Source: an uncultured virus (IMG/VR IMGVR_UViG_2061766007_000075) (Duplodnaviria > Heunggongvirae > Uroviricota > Caudoviricetes). Taken from it: a stretch of 20,000 nt of DNA. The notes under the pieces were generated by a model. That model did no database searches. It saw only the letters and a list, made by a program, of their open reading frames with translations, and was not told where the DNA came from. Each line of letters starts with the position of its first letter. Position 1 is the stretch's first letter. The position numbers and the translations under genes were made by a program. The stretch spans positions 45,783 through 65,782 of IMG/VR virus record IMGVR_UViG_2061766007_000075. One strand, given 5' to 3'. This document shows, piece after piece, positions 7,866 to 17,500 of the stretch.

Positions 7866-10800
7866 CGAAATAAACTTCCCCGTAGACGCAAACGGGCATC
7901 AGATAGCGACGCTGTCATCGGCGACAGTCTCCATGAGTGACATGGGAGACAAGAACATTACGGCATCAGTTAAGGTCGATGGAGGCATCAAGGTCCCTTT
8001 TGAGGGCAGTGACGGCGAACCGTGGCAGATAGAGTTCCGTGGCGAGCGCTATATTCAGCCCTTACTGATTCCGCAAGCATCGAAGGGTAACGACTCGCTA
8101 TTCCAAGTTTTCGACTTGACCTTCCAGCATTGGGCGATATATCAGATGAAGCGATTCTTCTTCTGCACACTTGCCCCGATTGAGTCGAGCACTGCCATCG
8201 CGGACAAATACATCGCCTCGCTGACGGTTGACCTCCCTGACTTTGCGAAGGCAATAGACGAGATGCTCGAGTTCTACTTCCCCGACAGAAGTGTATATGT
8301 CCATGTCGAGGACGACTCGTATATCAATCCTTTGTTTGACGACTATGACAAGCAGAGAAAAACCATTGAAATCAGTTATTCTTACATATGGGAAGTTCTC
8401 CAAAAGACCTACGAACTTTTTGATTGTCATTGGGAAATCCGAAAGGACGACAACGACAACTACGCGATATGGTTCGGATACCCCGTCGAGGATGGAGAAC
8501 TGACCCATGTGTTTCAATATGGTTACGAGGGCGGACTCATGCGAATAGAGAGGCAAGTCCAAGACGATAATATCCGTAACCAAATCCTTGGTCGTGGCGG
8601 AGAGAAGAATCTCCCGTATATGTACTTCAAGGACTACGAGAAGTTCCATCCGAACAGCACGAGTTCTGCTTACGAGAACATCGGCGACCCCGACCCCGAC
8701 GCTATCCCCGAATTGGAGAATGTTTATTTCGACCATCTCCGAGACAGTAATTTCCGTTCGTATATTCAAGGATGGAAAGTCAACCCGCATCGCCAAGCCT
8801 CGACAGAAGACGGATGGTCTGTTACATGGGATGAGAACCTTGAGTTCTTGGAGTCAGATGGAACCGTTTATTCCTTTGATGCTGAGCGCGCCGAGGAGGA
8901 TTGGGCTTATGCGAAGGGCGCATCGGATGAGACGTTCGACCCCGTCGAGTATGTCAAGGACGACGAGTCAATAGAGAAGTATGGGCTTTTGCAAGCGGGG
9001 CTCGACGACAACGAGAAAGTCTTCCCGACCATCCAAGGGATGACGAGGGCGCTTCCTTGTATCATTCCCAATCATGGTGTTGACCATACCGTTGTGACTC
9101 GAGTCGATGAGGTAGTCGACGCCGAGAAGGTTGAGACTGATGAGATTGACACGAGCGACCCGATGTCAAAGGCGGTGACAGAGGAGGGGATGGCGTCGCC
9201 GAGGATTGATATCCCCCTGGCGAGCAGAGATGACCACACGATAAACCAACACGGTATCTTTCACGATTTGGAGATAGAGCTGACGCCGACCGAGAGTGAC
9301 ACTATTGTTGAACTTGACGATATCGCCGTCAGAGAAGGTTATCTCGGTAATATTTTGAGCGAGATTGCGATATCTGTAAAGGCAAGCTATAATCTTAGGC
9401 TGCGTACAGGATTCTATCGGGACTCTGCAGGCTCAACTACGGGATTGACGACTATTTACCAACGCGTAACAGTAGAAATCCCCAAAGAGAATTACACGGT
9501 AACAGATTTTCGCTTCATCGAGAAGTCGACGGGAATCGAATACACAGAGGGCTACACTAATATTCCTGCGGGTGTATATAAGGCCGTTATGACTATTCAT
9601 ATGACCTCGGCGACAGCAGTGATTTACCATAAGCAAGACCCTGATGGGCGAGTCACTATCCCAGATGGCGCGCGTGCTGGTTCCTCGATGACCGCTGGCT
9701 TCTCCTTCGTATTCTCTTGGGTCAAGTTTAACGGAATGGTTGTCCCAAATCGTAACGGCATCTATCATATTACCGTATCCGCGACTGTCTCCCCGAATGA
9801 GACTGCTGTGGTGAATGTCACGGGCGATACCTTTACGGTGCCCGAGGGAGGCGCGCTCTTCATTGAAGTCCCCGTCACTGCTGATGATAAGGCGTGGTGT
9901 GGCATCTCGCACGTAGACCGATTGGTCAATACAGCAACTGGGCAAGTCGTCAGTTCGTCGAATATCCCCGCAGGAACATACGAACTCCATGTCGAGATAA
10001 CTTTCCTTAACCGAGACAGTGCCAATACTCATACCTTTACGGCGACACTTGGCAATGCTTACGTCTATTTCTCAACAAATGCAGAGTCATGGAAGCCGAC
10101 GTTCGACATTTGGATAAAGAACCTCTTTGGTACCGACCGAAAGGCATTCCCCTATGGGGATGCGGGCGATTCGCAGTATGTGCATTCGGTATGGGAAAAA
10201 CTACAAGCTGCAGAATCACAAGAGATGACCGTCACCTTCGCGACGGGCAACCTCTCGGGGCATTCCGATTGGGAATTCAAGGTCGCGAAAGACGGCATCT
10301 TCTACGACAGCAGCAAGAGCATAATCGTCCTTGATGATAATGGTAATGAGCATGAAGTTCAGTCCGAATGGCGCCTAAGACTAATTAAGTCTGACGCCGA
10401 GGCTGAGACCATACATAAGTATGTCCCATATAAGGACTTCGACGCTCACGCGGGGGATTTATTTTTCTTCACGAACATCTACCTCCCATGGGAGTATGTT
10501 TTCGCTGCTGAACAAGAGCTGAATGCGGTAAAGACCGCCGAACTCGAGAAATGCAAGGAAATCCTTCCGACATGGGTTGTCCGACTGGACAAAGTTAGGG
10601 TCAGCGAATATGACACAAATCTAATAAATCGTATCGCGCTTGGTGGCAGAGTCAAAGTCAAAGACGGTCGCTTCACCGAGGAGGCGGGCGTATGGCTCTT
10701 TGTCAAATCGATAACGATTACATGGCCCGAAAACTATGATAGCGGCATCGGTCTCCCCGACGTAGATATCGTGCTTAGCGACGAGATCGAAACCGCCGTG

Positions 10801-12567
10801 TCTACAGTGGAGCGCATCCAAGGCGATATCGAGACACTCTCCACACAGATGCGGTCAATTACGGACCTCGAAAGGGCTGTCCGCAAGGTGGGTGACTTGC
10901 TTTATCTCCGCAAAGATGGTGTAGATGAGGTGTCTTACTCCCCAACTCAGTTTGCAAGGACGATGTCGTCGCTCGATTTCCGCACTGGCGCGGTGGGTGG
11001 TGCGGGGTGGGCAGTCAGCACCGACGCTGAGGGGAAGGCTGTCGCGGAGTTTGACAAGGTGATCATACGAGACGAATTGCAAGTCAATAACCTTGTTGTA
11101 AACCAAGTATCTGCCGTTGGCGGATATGAGGTGATGTCGGCGGCAAGTATGATTGTATCTAAGGTCATTGCGATCCCGATGGGCGACGAAGAACCTTACA
11201 CCGACTACGAGTGCCATTTCGACCAAAGGGACGGGACTGTAGGGAATCTTTTTGTCGTAGGCGATATCGCGAGGTCCGTCCGCTTTGACGCCGTCAATAA
11301 CGAGACCTCAAACTATAGGATGAGGGTCATAGAGGTCGGAGATGATTATATTCGTCTCTCAGGTCAGTACCGTAGTGGTAACTCCGTCCCTCAAGTCGGC
11401 GATACTATAGTACAGTACGGCAACTATACCGACGAGGATCGACAGAATGTTATCGTACGTTCCGTGATCGGCGACGGCTATGAAGAAATGTTTACGGGCC
11501 TTAACAGCGTCACGGCGAGTGGGTCTTCATATTATTATGCGGGCTCTCTCGACGGGCTCCCGACCTTCTGGATTGGCAACCAATCGTCCTATATCAATTA
11601 TGCCTCGGGAGAGGTCAATATTAAAGCAAGGGTCAACATCTTGCCTGGCTCACAAGGCGCGGACAATATTCTTTCTTGGGTATCGACAGATACTACTGGA
11701 GATGTAACCACCATTGCGGGTGGCGCGGTCTTATCTAATATAGTCGCGGTAGCAAGCGATGGCGAGATGGTCGCGGGGATGAGTTCGTCCTCGCAGTGGG
11801 CAGACCCGACTCACGGGAAGGTTACTTTCTTCTCGGGGACAGATGCTCAGACCGCCCCTGACGATGCCCCCCTGCAGATATACGAGGACGGACACATTAA
11901 GGCAACCTCGGCAGATATTGAGGGTAAAATCCAGTCTTCGGAAGGCAAGGTCGGAGGATTTACTATTGGCGAGTTTTCGCTAGAAGCCAAACCGAACGAC
12001 CCAGACGACCCGCGGGAAAGGAAGGCGCAACTTCGGCTTTCACGATATATGATTTCCTTCGAGGATAGTGATTTTGGGCAGCGCGCTTTTCTTGGGACAA
12101 ATGTTATCCCCGAACCAGGTCCCGACGCGGGTGTTTTTCGCGCAGAAGTTAATCAGTCAAGCACCATTCAGGAGAACGCTAAAAACATTTGCGCGTACCT
12201 ATCTGCGATGGGGACGAATCGTAAGAACTATGCGGTTTATGCCCCCTATGGGATGTTCGCCGGCCTTCGCCCTGTCACACAAGCCGTGAGCGCCAATCGG
12301 TACCTTACGAGCACCGATTTTTGGTTAATCGTGACAGCCCAATGCACGCTGACGCTCCCCGCCGCCCCTCAGGACGGACAGACCTACTTTATCATGGGGA
12401 CAAGCGGCATGTACAGTACCATGTCAACGATAAGCGGCAATACTAAGAATATTCTTAAGGTGAATTCTCTTGGGTCCGAATCGTCTTCGCAGGTGTTCGG
12501 CAAAGGTTTGTTTATCCTAGTCTTTGACGCTTCACAGGATAAATGGTTTATGGCTTCAATAACTTAA
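7849..12567 (+). CDS. Tail hub/Tal-like protein fused to a central fibre, about 1572 aa
   Basis: N-terminal hub-like region (NQILGRGGEKNLPYMYF, YVKDDESIEKYG), a coiled linker plus YLRKDG, beta-repeat fibre motifs (AEFDKVIIRDELQVNNLVVNQ; GKIQSSEGKVGGFTIG) and a C-terminal tip domain (TLTLPAAPQDGQTYFI). Start placed at ATG 7849 (MIPQISE); 7825 is possible. Confidence 0.75.
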   Translation: MIPQISEINFPVDANGHQIATLSSATVSMSDMGDKNITASVKVDGGIKVPFEGSDGEPWQIEFRGERYIQPLLIPQASKGNDSLFQVFDLTFQHWAIYQMKRFFFCTLAPIESSTAIADKYIASLTVDLPDFAKAIDEMLEFYFPDRSVYVHVEDDSYINPLFDDYDKQRKTIEISYSYIWEVLQKTYELFDCHWEIRKDDNDNYAIWFGYPVEDGELTHVFQYGYEGGLMRIERQVQDDNIRNQILGRGGEKNLPYMYFKDYEKFHPNSTSSAYENIGDPDPDAIPELENVYFDHLRDSNFRSYIQGWKVNPHRQASTEDGWSVTWDENLEFLESDGTVYSFDAERAEEDWAYAKGASDETFDPVEYVKDDESIEKYGLLQAGLDDNEKVFPTIQGMTRALPCIIPNHGVDHTVVTRVDEVVDAEKVETDEIDTSDPMSKAVTEEGMASPRIDIPLASRDDHTINQHGIFHDLEIELTPTESDTIVELDDIAVREGYLGNILSEIAISVKASYNLRLRTGFYRDSAGSTTGLTTIYQRVTVEIPKENYTVTDFRFIEKSTGIEYTEGYTNIPAGVYKAVMTIHMTSATAVIYHKQDPDGRVTIPDGARAGSSMTAGFSFVFSWVKFNGMVVPNRNGIYHITVSATVSPNETAVVNVTGDTFTVPEGGALFIEVPVTADDKAWCGISHVDRLVNTATGQVVSSSNIPAGTYELHVEITFLNRDSANTHTFTATLGNAYVYFSTNAESWKPTFDIWIKNLFGTDRKAFPYGDAGDSQYVHSVWEKLQAAESQEMTVTFATGNLSGHSDWEFKVAKDGIFYDSSKSIIVLDDNGNEHEVQSEWRLRLIKSDAEAETIHKYVPYKDFDAHAGDLFFFTNIYLPWEYVFAAEQELNAVKTAELEKCKEILPTWVVRLDKVRVSEYDTNLINRIALGGRVKVKDGRFTEEAGVWLFVKSITITWPENYDSGIGLPDVDIVLSDEIETAVSTVERIQGDIETLSTQMRSITDLERAVRKVGDLLYLRKDGVDEVSYSPTQFARTMSSLDFRTGAVGGAGWAVSTDAEGKAVAEFDKVIIRDELQVNNLVVNQVSAVGGYEVMSAASMIVSKVIAIPMGDEEPYTDYECHFDQRDGTVGNLFVVGDIARSVRFDAVNNETSNYRMRVIEVGDDYIRLSGQYRSGNSVPQVGDTIVQYGNYTDEDRQNVIVRSVIGDGYEEMFTGLNSVTASGSSYYYAGSLDGLPTFWIGNQSSYINYASGEVNIKARVNILPGSQGADNILSWVSTDTTGDVTTIAGGAVLSNIVAVASDGEMVAGMSSSSQWADPTHGKVTFFSGTDAQTAPDDAPLQIYEDGHIKATSADIEGKIQSSEGKVGGFTIGEFSLEAKPNDPDDPRERKAQLRLSRYMISFEDSDFGQRAFLGTNVIPEPGPDAGVFRAEVNQSSTIQENAKNICAYLSAMGTNRKNYAVYAPYGMFAGLRPVTQAVSANRYLTSTDFWLIVTAQCTLTLPAAPQDGQTYFIMGTSGMYSTMSTISGNTKNILKVNSLGSESSSQVFGKGLFILVFDASQDKWFMASIT

Positions 12568-12579
12568 ACTCTGTAAGAT

Positions 12580-13167
12580 ATGCCTAGTAGCACATTAGAC
12601 CCCGGCCACTGGAGAGGCGAGCCAGGAAAAGGTTCTCCAGACGGACGCTTCAAGGAATGGGCGTTTACGCACGACGTCGCATTGATTGCGACAGAGACAC
12701 TAAACGCAAAGGGCATCACCTGCACAAACATACACCCAAGCGGCGAGGATTACCTATCCTTGCCCAATAGGTGTAAGAAAATCAAGGAAATCACTAAGGT
12801 GCGCCCAGACAATATCAACGTGGATATTCACGTCAACGCAGCAGGGATGGGCGACAAGTGGTATAGCGCACGTGGCTGTCAGGTTAACACGAAGTTGTCC
12901 CCCGATCCCGAGTCTATACGGTTGGCAAACATTATATACGATGAGATGGTCGCCAAGGGGTTTAAGGTCCGGCCAGACAGCCCGACCAGACACTATCGTC
13001 CGAAGAATCTCGCGATGTGCCGGGATGCAGGCTGCCCGTCCGTGCTGATTGAATTCTTCTTCATGGACAATGAGCAGGACCTGGAGTACCTCTGCTCGGC
13101 TATGTCTATATACGAATGTGCCGAGGTTGTTTCGAATAGCATCTTGAAGTATTTCGGCAAGTTATGA
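12580..13167 (+). CDS. Endolysin, N-acetylmuramoyl-L-alanine amidase (Amidase_3 family), 195 aa
   Basis: The Zn-amidase motifs appear in order: LDPGH, E (FKEW), IHVNAA and PSVLIEFFFMDN (catalytic Glu). Confidence 0.92.
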   Translation: MPSSTLDPGHWRGEPGKGSPDGRFKEWAFTHDVALIATETLNAKGITCTNIHPSGEDYLSLPNRCKKIKEITKVRPDNINVDIHVNAAGMGDKWYSARGCQVNTKLSPDPESIRLANIIYDEMVAKGFKVRPDSPTRHYRPKNLAMCRDAGCPSVLIEFFFMDNEQDLEYLCSAMSIYECAEVVSNSILKYFGKL

Positions 13168-13676
13168 ACAAGACATCTATCATACTCGCCTGCATTCTTG
13201 CGGCAATACTCATCATCGGGGCTTTCGTCGGCGGATTTTTCGCTGGCAAGGGGAAGCGGCCCGATGTGCAGAGAGACACGGTGACGACTGTCGTTACAAT
13301 CCGTGACACGCTTACCGTCTATGAGCCGAAAGAGGTCACAAAGACGGTTATCCGTAAAGAGTACATAGCGGTCACGGATACGGTTGTCGTGAATGATACG
13401 ACATACATCGCCCTCCCCGTGGAGAGAAAGGAATACAGGGATTCTAACTACTATGCCGTGGTATCTGGTATCAACCCCTCGCTGGATGAGATTTCGGTAT
13501 ATCCAGAGACCAAGATTATCACCAAGGAGGTGACGGTCTATGAGAAGAAGAAACCCACCCGTTTCGGTGTCGGACTGCAAGTGGGCTTCGGTGCGCAGTA
13601 CGGCATAAGGTCAAAGCAATTCGATGCCGGGCCGTATGTGGGCATCGGCATATCATATAACTTCGTAAGATTCTAA
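13164..13676 (+). CDS. Putative spanin-like lysis protein: N-terminal TM, V/T-rich beta linker, C-terminal amphipathic beta-hairpin ending in Phe, 170 aa
   Basis: ATGA-coupled to the endolysin. TM IILACILAAILIIGAFVGGFF, repeated RDT/TDT/NDT motifs, and C-terminus FGVGLQVGFGAQYG...GPYVGIGISYNFVRF. Confidence 0.6.
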   Translation: MNKTSIILACILAAILIIGAFVGGFFAGKGKRPDVQRDTVTTVVTIRDTLTVYEPKEVTKTVIRKEYIAVTDTVVVNDTTYIALPVERKEYRDSNYYAVVSGINPSLDEISVYPETKIITKEVTVYEKKKPTRFGVGLQVGFGAQYGIRSKQFDAGPYVGIGISYNFVRF

Positions 13677-13687
13677 TCTCTAATGCC

Positions 13688-13981
13688 ATGAACAGTTACA
13701 CCATCACCGATTCCAATCTACAAATTGTGGATTCGTATCAAGTCAGCAAGAAGAAATTCGATCCGTTTCTCAACTCCGTCCAAGCCATACACGGCGACAG
13801 CAATGTATGGAAGCGCTCTCGTTGCTCCCTCAAACTCGAGTGGGCGACGCACAATGCCGCTTACGCAATGCACATTATGCGTAGCAGGACTAAGGATGTC
13901 GACCTTAATTACCCTCAGCCATTTTATATCCAAGCGGCATACACAATCGTGGGTGTTTTTGTTTGGGTTTTTATAAAATAG
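13688..13981 (+). CDS. Hypothetical protein with a C-terminal TM anchor, 97 aa
   Basis: Compact ORF in the operon with an EWATHN motif and a hydrophobic end (AAYTIVGVFVWVFIK). Confidence 0.7.
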   Translation: MNSYTITDSNLQIVDSYQVSKKKFDPFLNSVQAIHGDSNVWKRSRCSLKLEWATHNAAYAMHIMRSRTKDVDLNYPQPFYIQAAYTIVGVFVWVFIK

Positions 13982-13994
13982 TTTCGTATCTTTG
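13962..13994 (+). promoter_or_regulatory. Bacteroidetes sigma-A promoter: -33 TTTG (13962-13965) and -7 TATCTTTG (13987-13994)
   Basis: Both consensus elements are present with a 21-nt spacer, 16 nt upstream of ATG 14011. Confidence 0.65.
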
Positions 13995-14010
13995 CTGAAA
14001 CTGATTCAAT

Positions 14011-14322
14011 ATGGCAGAAAGGAATTATTTACCGAACGACCTTAAGTACATTGTCGACATCAAGGCGGCGGGCTTTGATATGGACATCAACGAGTGGAGT
14101 GTCGGCGTAAAATGCGGTTCGAAAATCGTACATATATATACAAAGGATGAATGCATCCGCGACGATAACGGGAAGTGGTTTGTTTGCATCGAGAAGGAGG
14201 TCTTGAAAAAAGGGGACCTCTATCTGATTGGCTACGCGGAGGTCCCCGACTCGGATTTCCCCGACGGTTATCGCAGCGAATGCGATAGATCGCCGAAACT
14301 CGGCACATTGGAAGCGTTATGA
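14011..14322 (+). CDS. Hypothetical tail-associated protein (possible fibre-attachment/baseplate adaptor), 103 aa
   Basis: Beta-rich small protein with VPDSDFPDGYRSE, first gene after the promoter and upstream of the fibre gene. Function is inferred from position. Confidence 0.65.
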   Translation: MAERNYLPNDLKYIVDIKAAGFDMDINEWSVGVKCGSKIVHIYTKDECIRDDNGKWFVCIEKEVLKKGDLYLIGYAEVPDSDFPDGYRSECDRSPKLGTLEAL

Positions 14323-14513
14323 GTTGTCTTTCCTTCGACGCCACCCGAATAGGGGGCACGAAAATTACCGCGACGAGGGTGCGCGATTTCAGCGCCACTT
14401 TCGCTTTGGTATGTGGGACAAATCTCGCGGGCGAGTATCAACTCCTCTTCGCGAGCGATGGGCAGCTCTATACATCGGACGGCGGTTATATAATGGTAAA
14501 ACGGAGGGCTTAA
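14319..14513 (+). CDS. Small hypothetical tail-associated protein, 64 aa
   Basis: ATGA-coupled to the upstream gene and ends 1 nt before the fibre ATG. Confidence 0.65.
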   Translation: MSCLSFDATRIGGTKITATRVRDFSATFALVCGTNLAGEYQLLFASDGQLYTSDGGYIMVKRRA

Positions 14514-14514
14514 T

Positions 14515-17500
14515 ATGGCAGGAACAAAACTTACTCAGACGGGCGAACAAGTCCAATACTTACTCAACAATGCCATTCAGACAAAACTGTCTGAACTTGA
14601 AAACGACATGGGGTATATTACCGAAGATGCCGTTGCTGAGGCATTAACGGGCAAGGCCGACAAGGGATTTGCGACCACGAATCAGTCTGTATATATTAAA
14701 TACGGGGTATCGGACAAATGTGCTTACATCGTCCGCATATCTTTTGATAGCCGCGCGATTGAAGACACTATTCTGTTATATCAGTCGGGGCTGACTGCTG
14801 ACGGACCTCGCCTCTACAAACTCACCGACTCAGGCAAGGCTATTGAAGTCGACCTTATGGGTAAGATGTGGACAAGCGAGCGTTGGTGCCGTATCAGCTG
14901 CTTCGTAGTGGGATACAAGAGTATGAGACTCATTCCGCTGTATGACGAGACTGATATCGCCGACTCATTGCCCGACGGCGTAACCTATATTGAAGGATAC
15001 CGAGTTTCACCCCTCCCGTTATACCAAGAGAGACTAGTAGATGGCGAGAACATAAAGACCATTGACGGGACCGCCATCCTTGGGGAAGGCAACCTCGCTC
15101 TGAGAGATGTGAAGTATGTCTCTCAGTCGCTGTCGGAAGAAGAGAAGGCTCAAGCGAGGACGAATATCGGGGCATCGTCAGCGAGCGATATCGAGACCAT
15201 AAATGCCAAAATCCCTTCCGCCGCATCTCCCTCCAACCAGCTTGCGGACAAGGCTTATGTCAACGAGAAGATACAGACCGAGACGGCGACCTTCAAGGGA
15301 TGCTATGATGATTGGGAGGACATACTCTACGGCGGTGTGACCGCTGATAATAATGACTATTTGGTATTGCTCGATGCAAGTGGGTATGCCCCCCTTGTGG
15401 ATGGGAATGGTAGTTATTTTATCGATGAGGTTGTAACCGACCATAATACCTTGTACAAATGTATCGCTCCCGTCAACTACGAAGAGACTCCGGAAGCGCC
15501 CCTCCCTTATAATGATGAAGAGAATCTTCATTGGGAAGAGGCATCGAGCAATCCTAAGTACGAAGGCACTTGGCGTTTCAAGTATGCCGCAAACGGGGCG
15601 TACAATCCATACAACTGGCTCCCCGAATACCAGATTAACGAGGAGCCTTTGACGCAGGCGCAGCTCGATGCTCTGAACAGCGGCATAACTGCGAACAAGG
15701 TGAGCAAACTGGATGCGCTACCGACGAACTCCGAACTTGAGACGGCGCTCGGTGGCAAGGAGGACAAAACCAACAAGGTAAACACAATCGTCGGCAACGA
15801 ATCCAATACAACGAAATATGCCTCCACGAAAGCCGTTGCAGATGCTATCGCAAAAGTCAAGGCTTCCTACTGGGACGCATCTTCCGACAAAGACTTCACG
15901 ATTCGGCTGGATGAGAGTGTCTCGACCCTCAGGCTCGATATTTTCGCGGAGACATCCGACCTCCCAGCAGAGAAAGGGAAGGCCATCATCATACTGAACA
16001 CCACCGCCACCGCAAGCGAGGCGTCCGTAATTGAACTCGCGGGAACGAGCCTTTTGGGGTATCAGCTTGTCACATATAATGGGCACAAATACTTTTATCT
16101 CGATAGAAGAGGCGGTGCTGTGGTAGATGTTAACATAGACGTCTACGTTACCCTTCTCTCTGGCACCTTGCCGACAGTACATCTTTATGATGCGGATGTA
16201 TTATATGATGGGGGAGCGACCTTCACTGACTTCGCGGCGGTCACTCGATTCCAAGAGACCCTTGTCTCAGGCACGAACATCAAGACCATCAACGGTTCAA
16301 CTATCCTCGGCAGCGGAAACCTTGAGATAAACGGCGCGTTCAAGGCGGAGTACGGCACTACCACCTATGCCGAGGTGTCTGCCGCCTTCAACGCCGGCAA
16401 GGTCGTAACCATAGAGGTTGAATGGGCAAGTGGATATGAAACTCTTTACCTTACTTCATACAACGGGGATACCGGCCTGTTCTTCTTCTCCTCTCCCGTT
16501 GAGCAGGATATGATAAGGTCTTGCTATGTGGATGATGCGGATAATTGGAGCAGCATCTTCACCTTCGAGCCACAGATGTATGCCCTTGTCACCGCTCTCT
16601 CCAGTAGTTCCGATAATTCGCACTACCCTTCCGCGAAGGCCGTGTATGATGAGCTCGCTACGAAGGCGAGTGCTACCATAGAAACCTATATCCCCGCACA
16701 GGCATCGGCAAATAACCAGCTTGCGGACAAGAACTTCGTCAATAGCTCTATCCAGACCGCCACTGCGACCTTCAAGGGGAATTGGGAGACGTGGGCAGAT
16801 GTGCCTACTGACTACACCGACTATCCCGACGAGACGAAACCCGACAACAACGACTATATGGTCGTGCGGGATGCGAGAGGCTATGCGCCTGCGTGGAGCG
16901 CTACAAAGACCTATGCGAGTGGCGACCTTGTTTGCTACGATGATCTTCTCTACAAGAGCCTTGAATCCCATCAGCATGGTAATCAGCCGGATGAAAGCCC
17001 TTCCTATTGGGAGATGGTTGATAGCAACCCCGCTTACGAAGGTACTTGGAGATTCAAGTACAACGGCTCTTGGGATGCTGACGGCAAGGAAGGCTGGCGC
17101 CCCGAATACCAGGTGAACGAGAAACCCCTCACGGCGGCTCAACTCGCGGCCCTTAACTCCGGCATCACCGACACGAAGGTGGCGAAACTGGACGCCCTGC
17201 CCGCGACGATTCCGACGGAGGTATTCTGGTGTACCTATGGTACTACCACTTATGCTGAAATTACCGCTGCGATTAGTGCAGGCAAGGCAGTAATGCTTTT
17301 ATACAATTCCAACCGACAGTTTACACTTGCAGGTCTTCACGCAGGATCATATGCGTTTAATGAAACCTCTGGAAGTACAATATATACCATAGAGTGCTCT
17401 ACACAGTCTGCGTGGACACACACAGGCGTAGCGTGGGAGAAAACATCCTACAAGAAGTCCTCTTGGTCGTCCGCCCCGAACAACACCAACTATCCCTCCG

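Noticed and set aside
8098..8796. 232-aa minus-strand ORF (also 9433-10032, 12993-13580, 15718-16182 and 16456-17142)
   Set aside because: These lie antisense to well-supported + strand genes and have no recognisable motifs. They are typical shadow ORFs caused by codon bias.
13164..13200. Lipoprotein signal (ILAC) in the spanin candidate
   Set aside because: The Cys is at residue 10, too early for a type II signal peptide, and the hydrophobic stretch continues well past it. An uncleaved TM is more likely, but this needs SignalP confirmation.
14228..14647. 139-aa + strand ORF with a TTG start
   Set aside because: It overlaps three coupled genes in another frame and gives an Arg-rich, non-protein-like sequence.
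15211..17202. Diversity-generating retroelement template/variable repeat pair
   Set aside because: The two copies are both coding and in frame, differ at all four bases rather than at adenines only, and no reverse transcriptase is present in the window.
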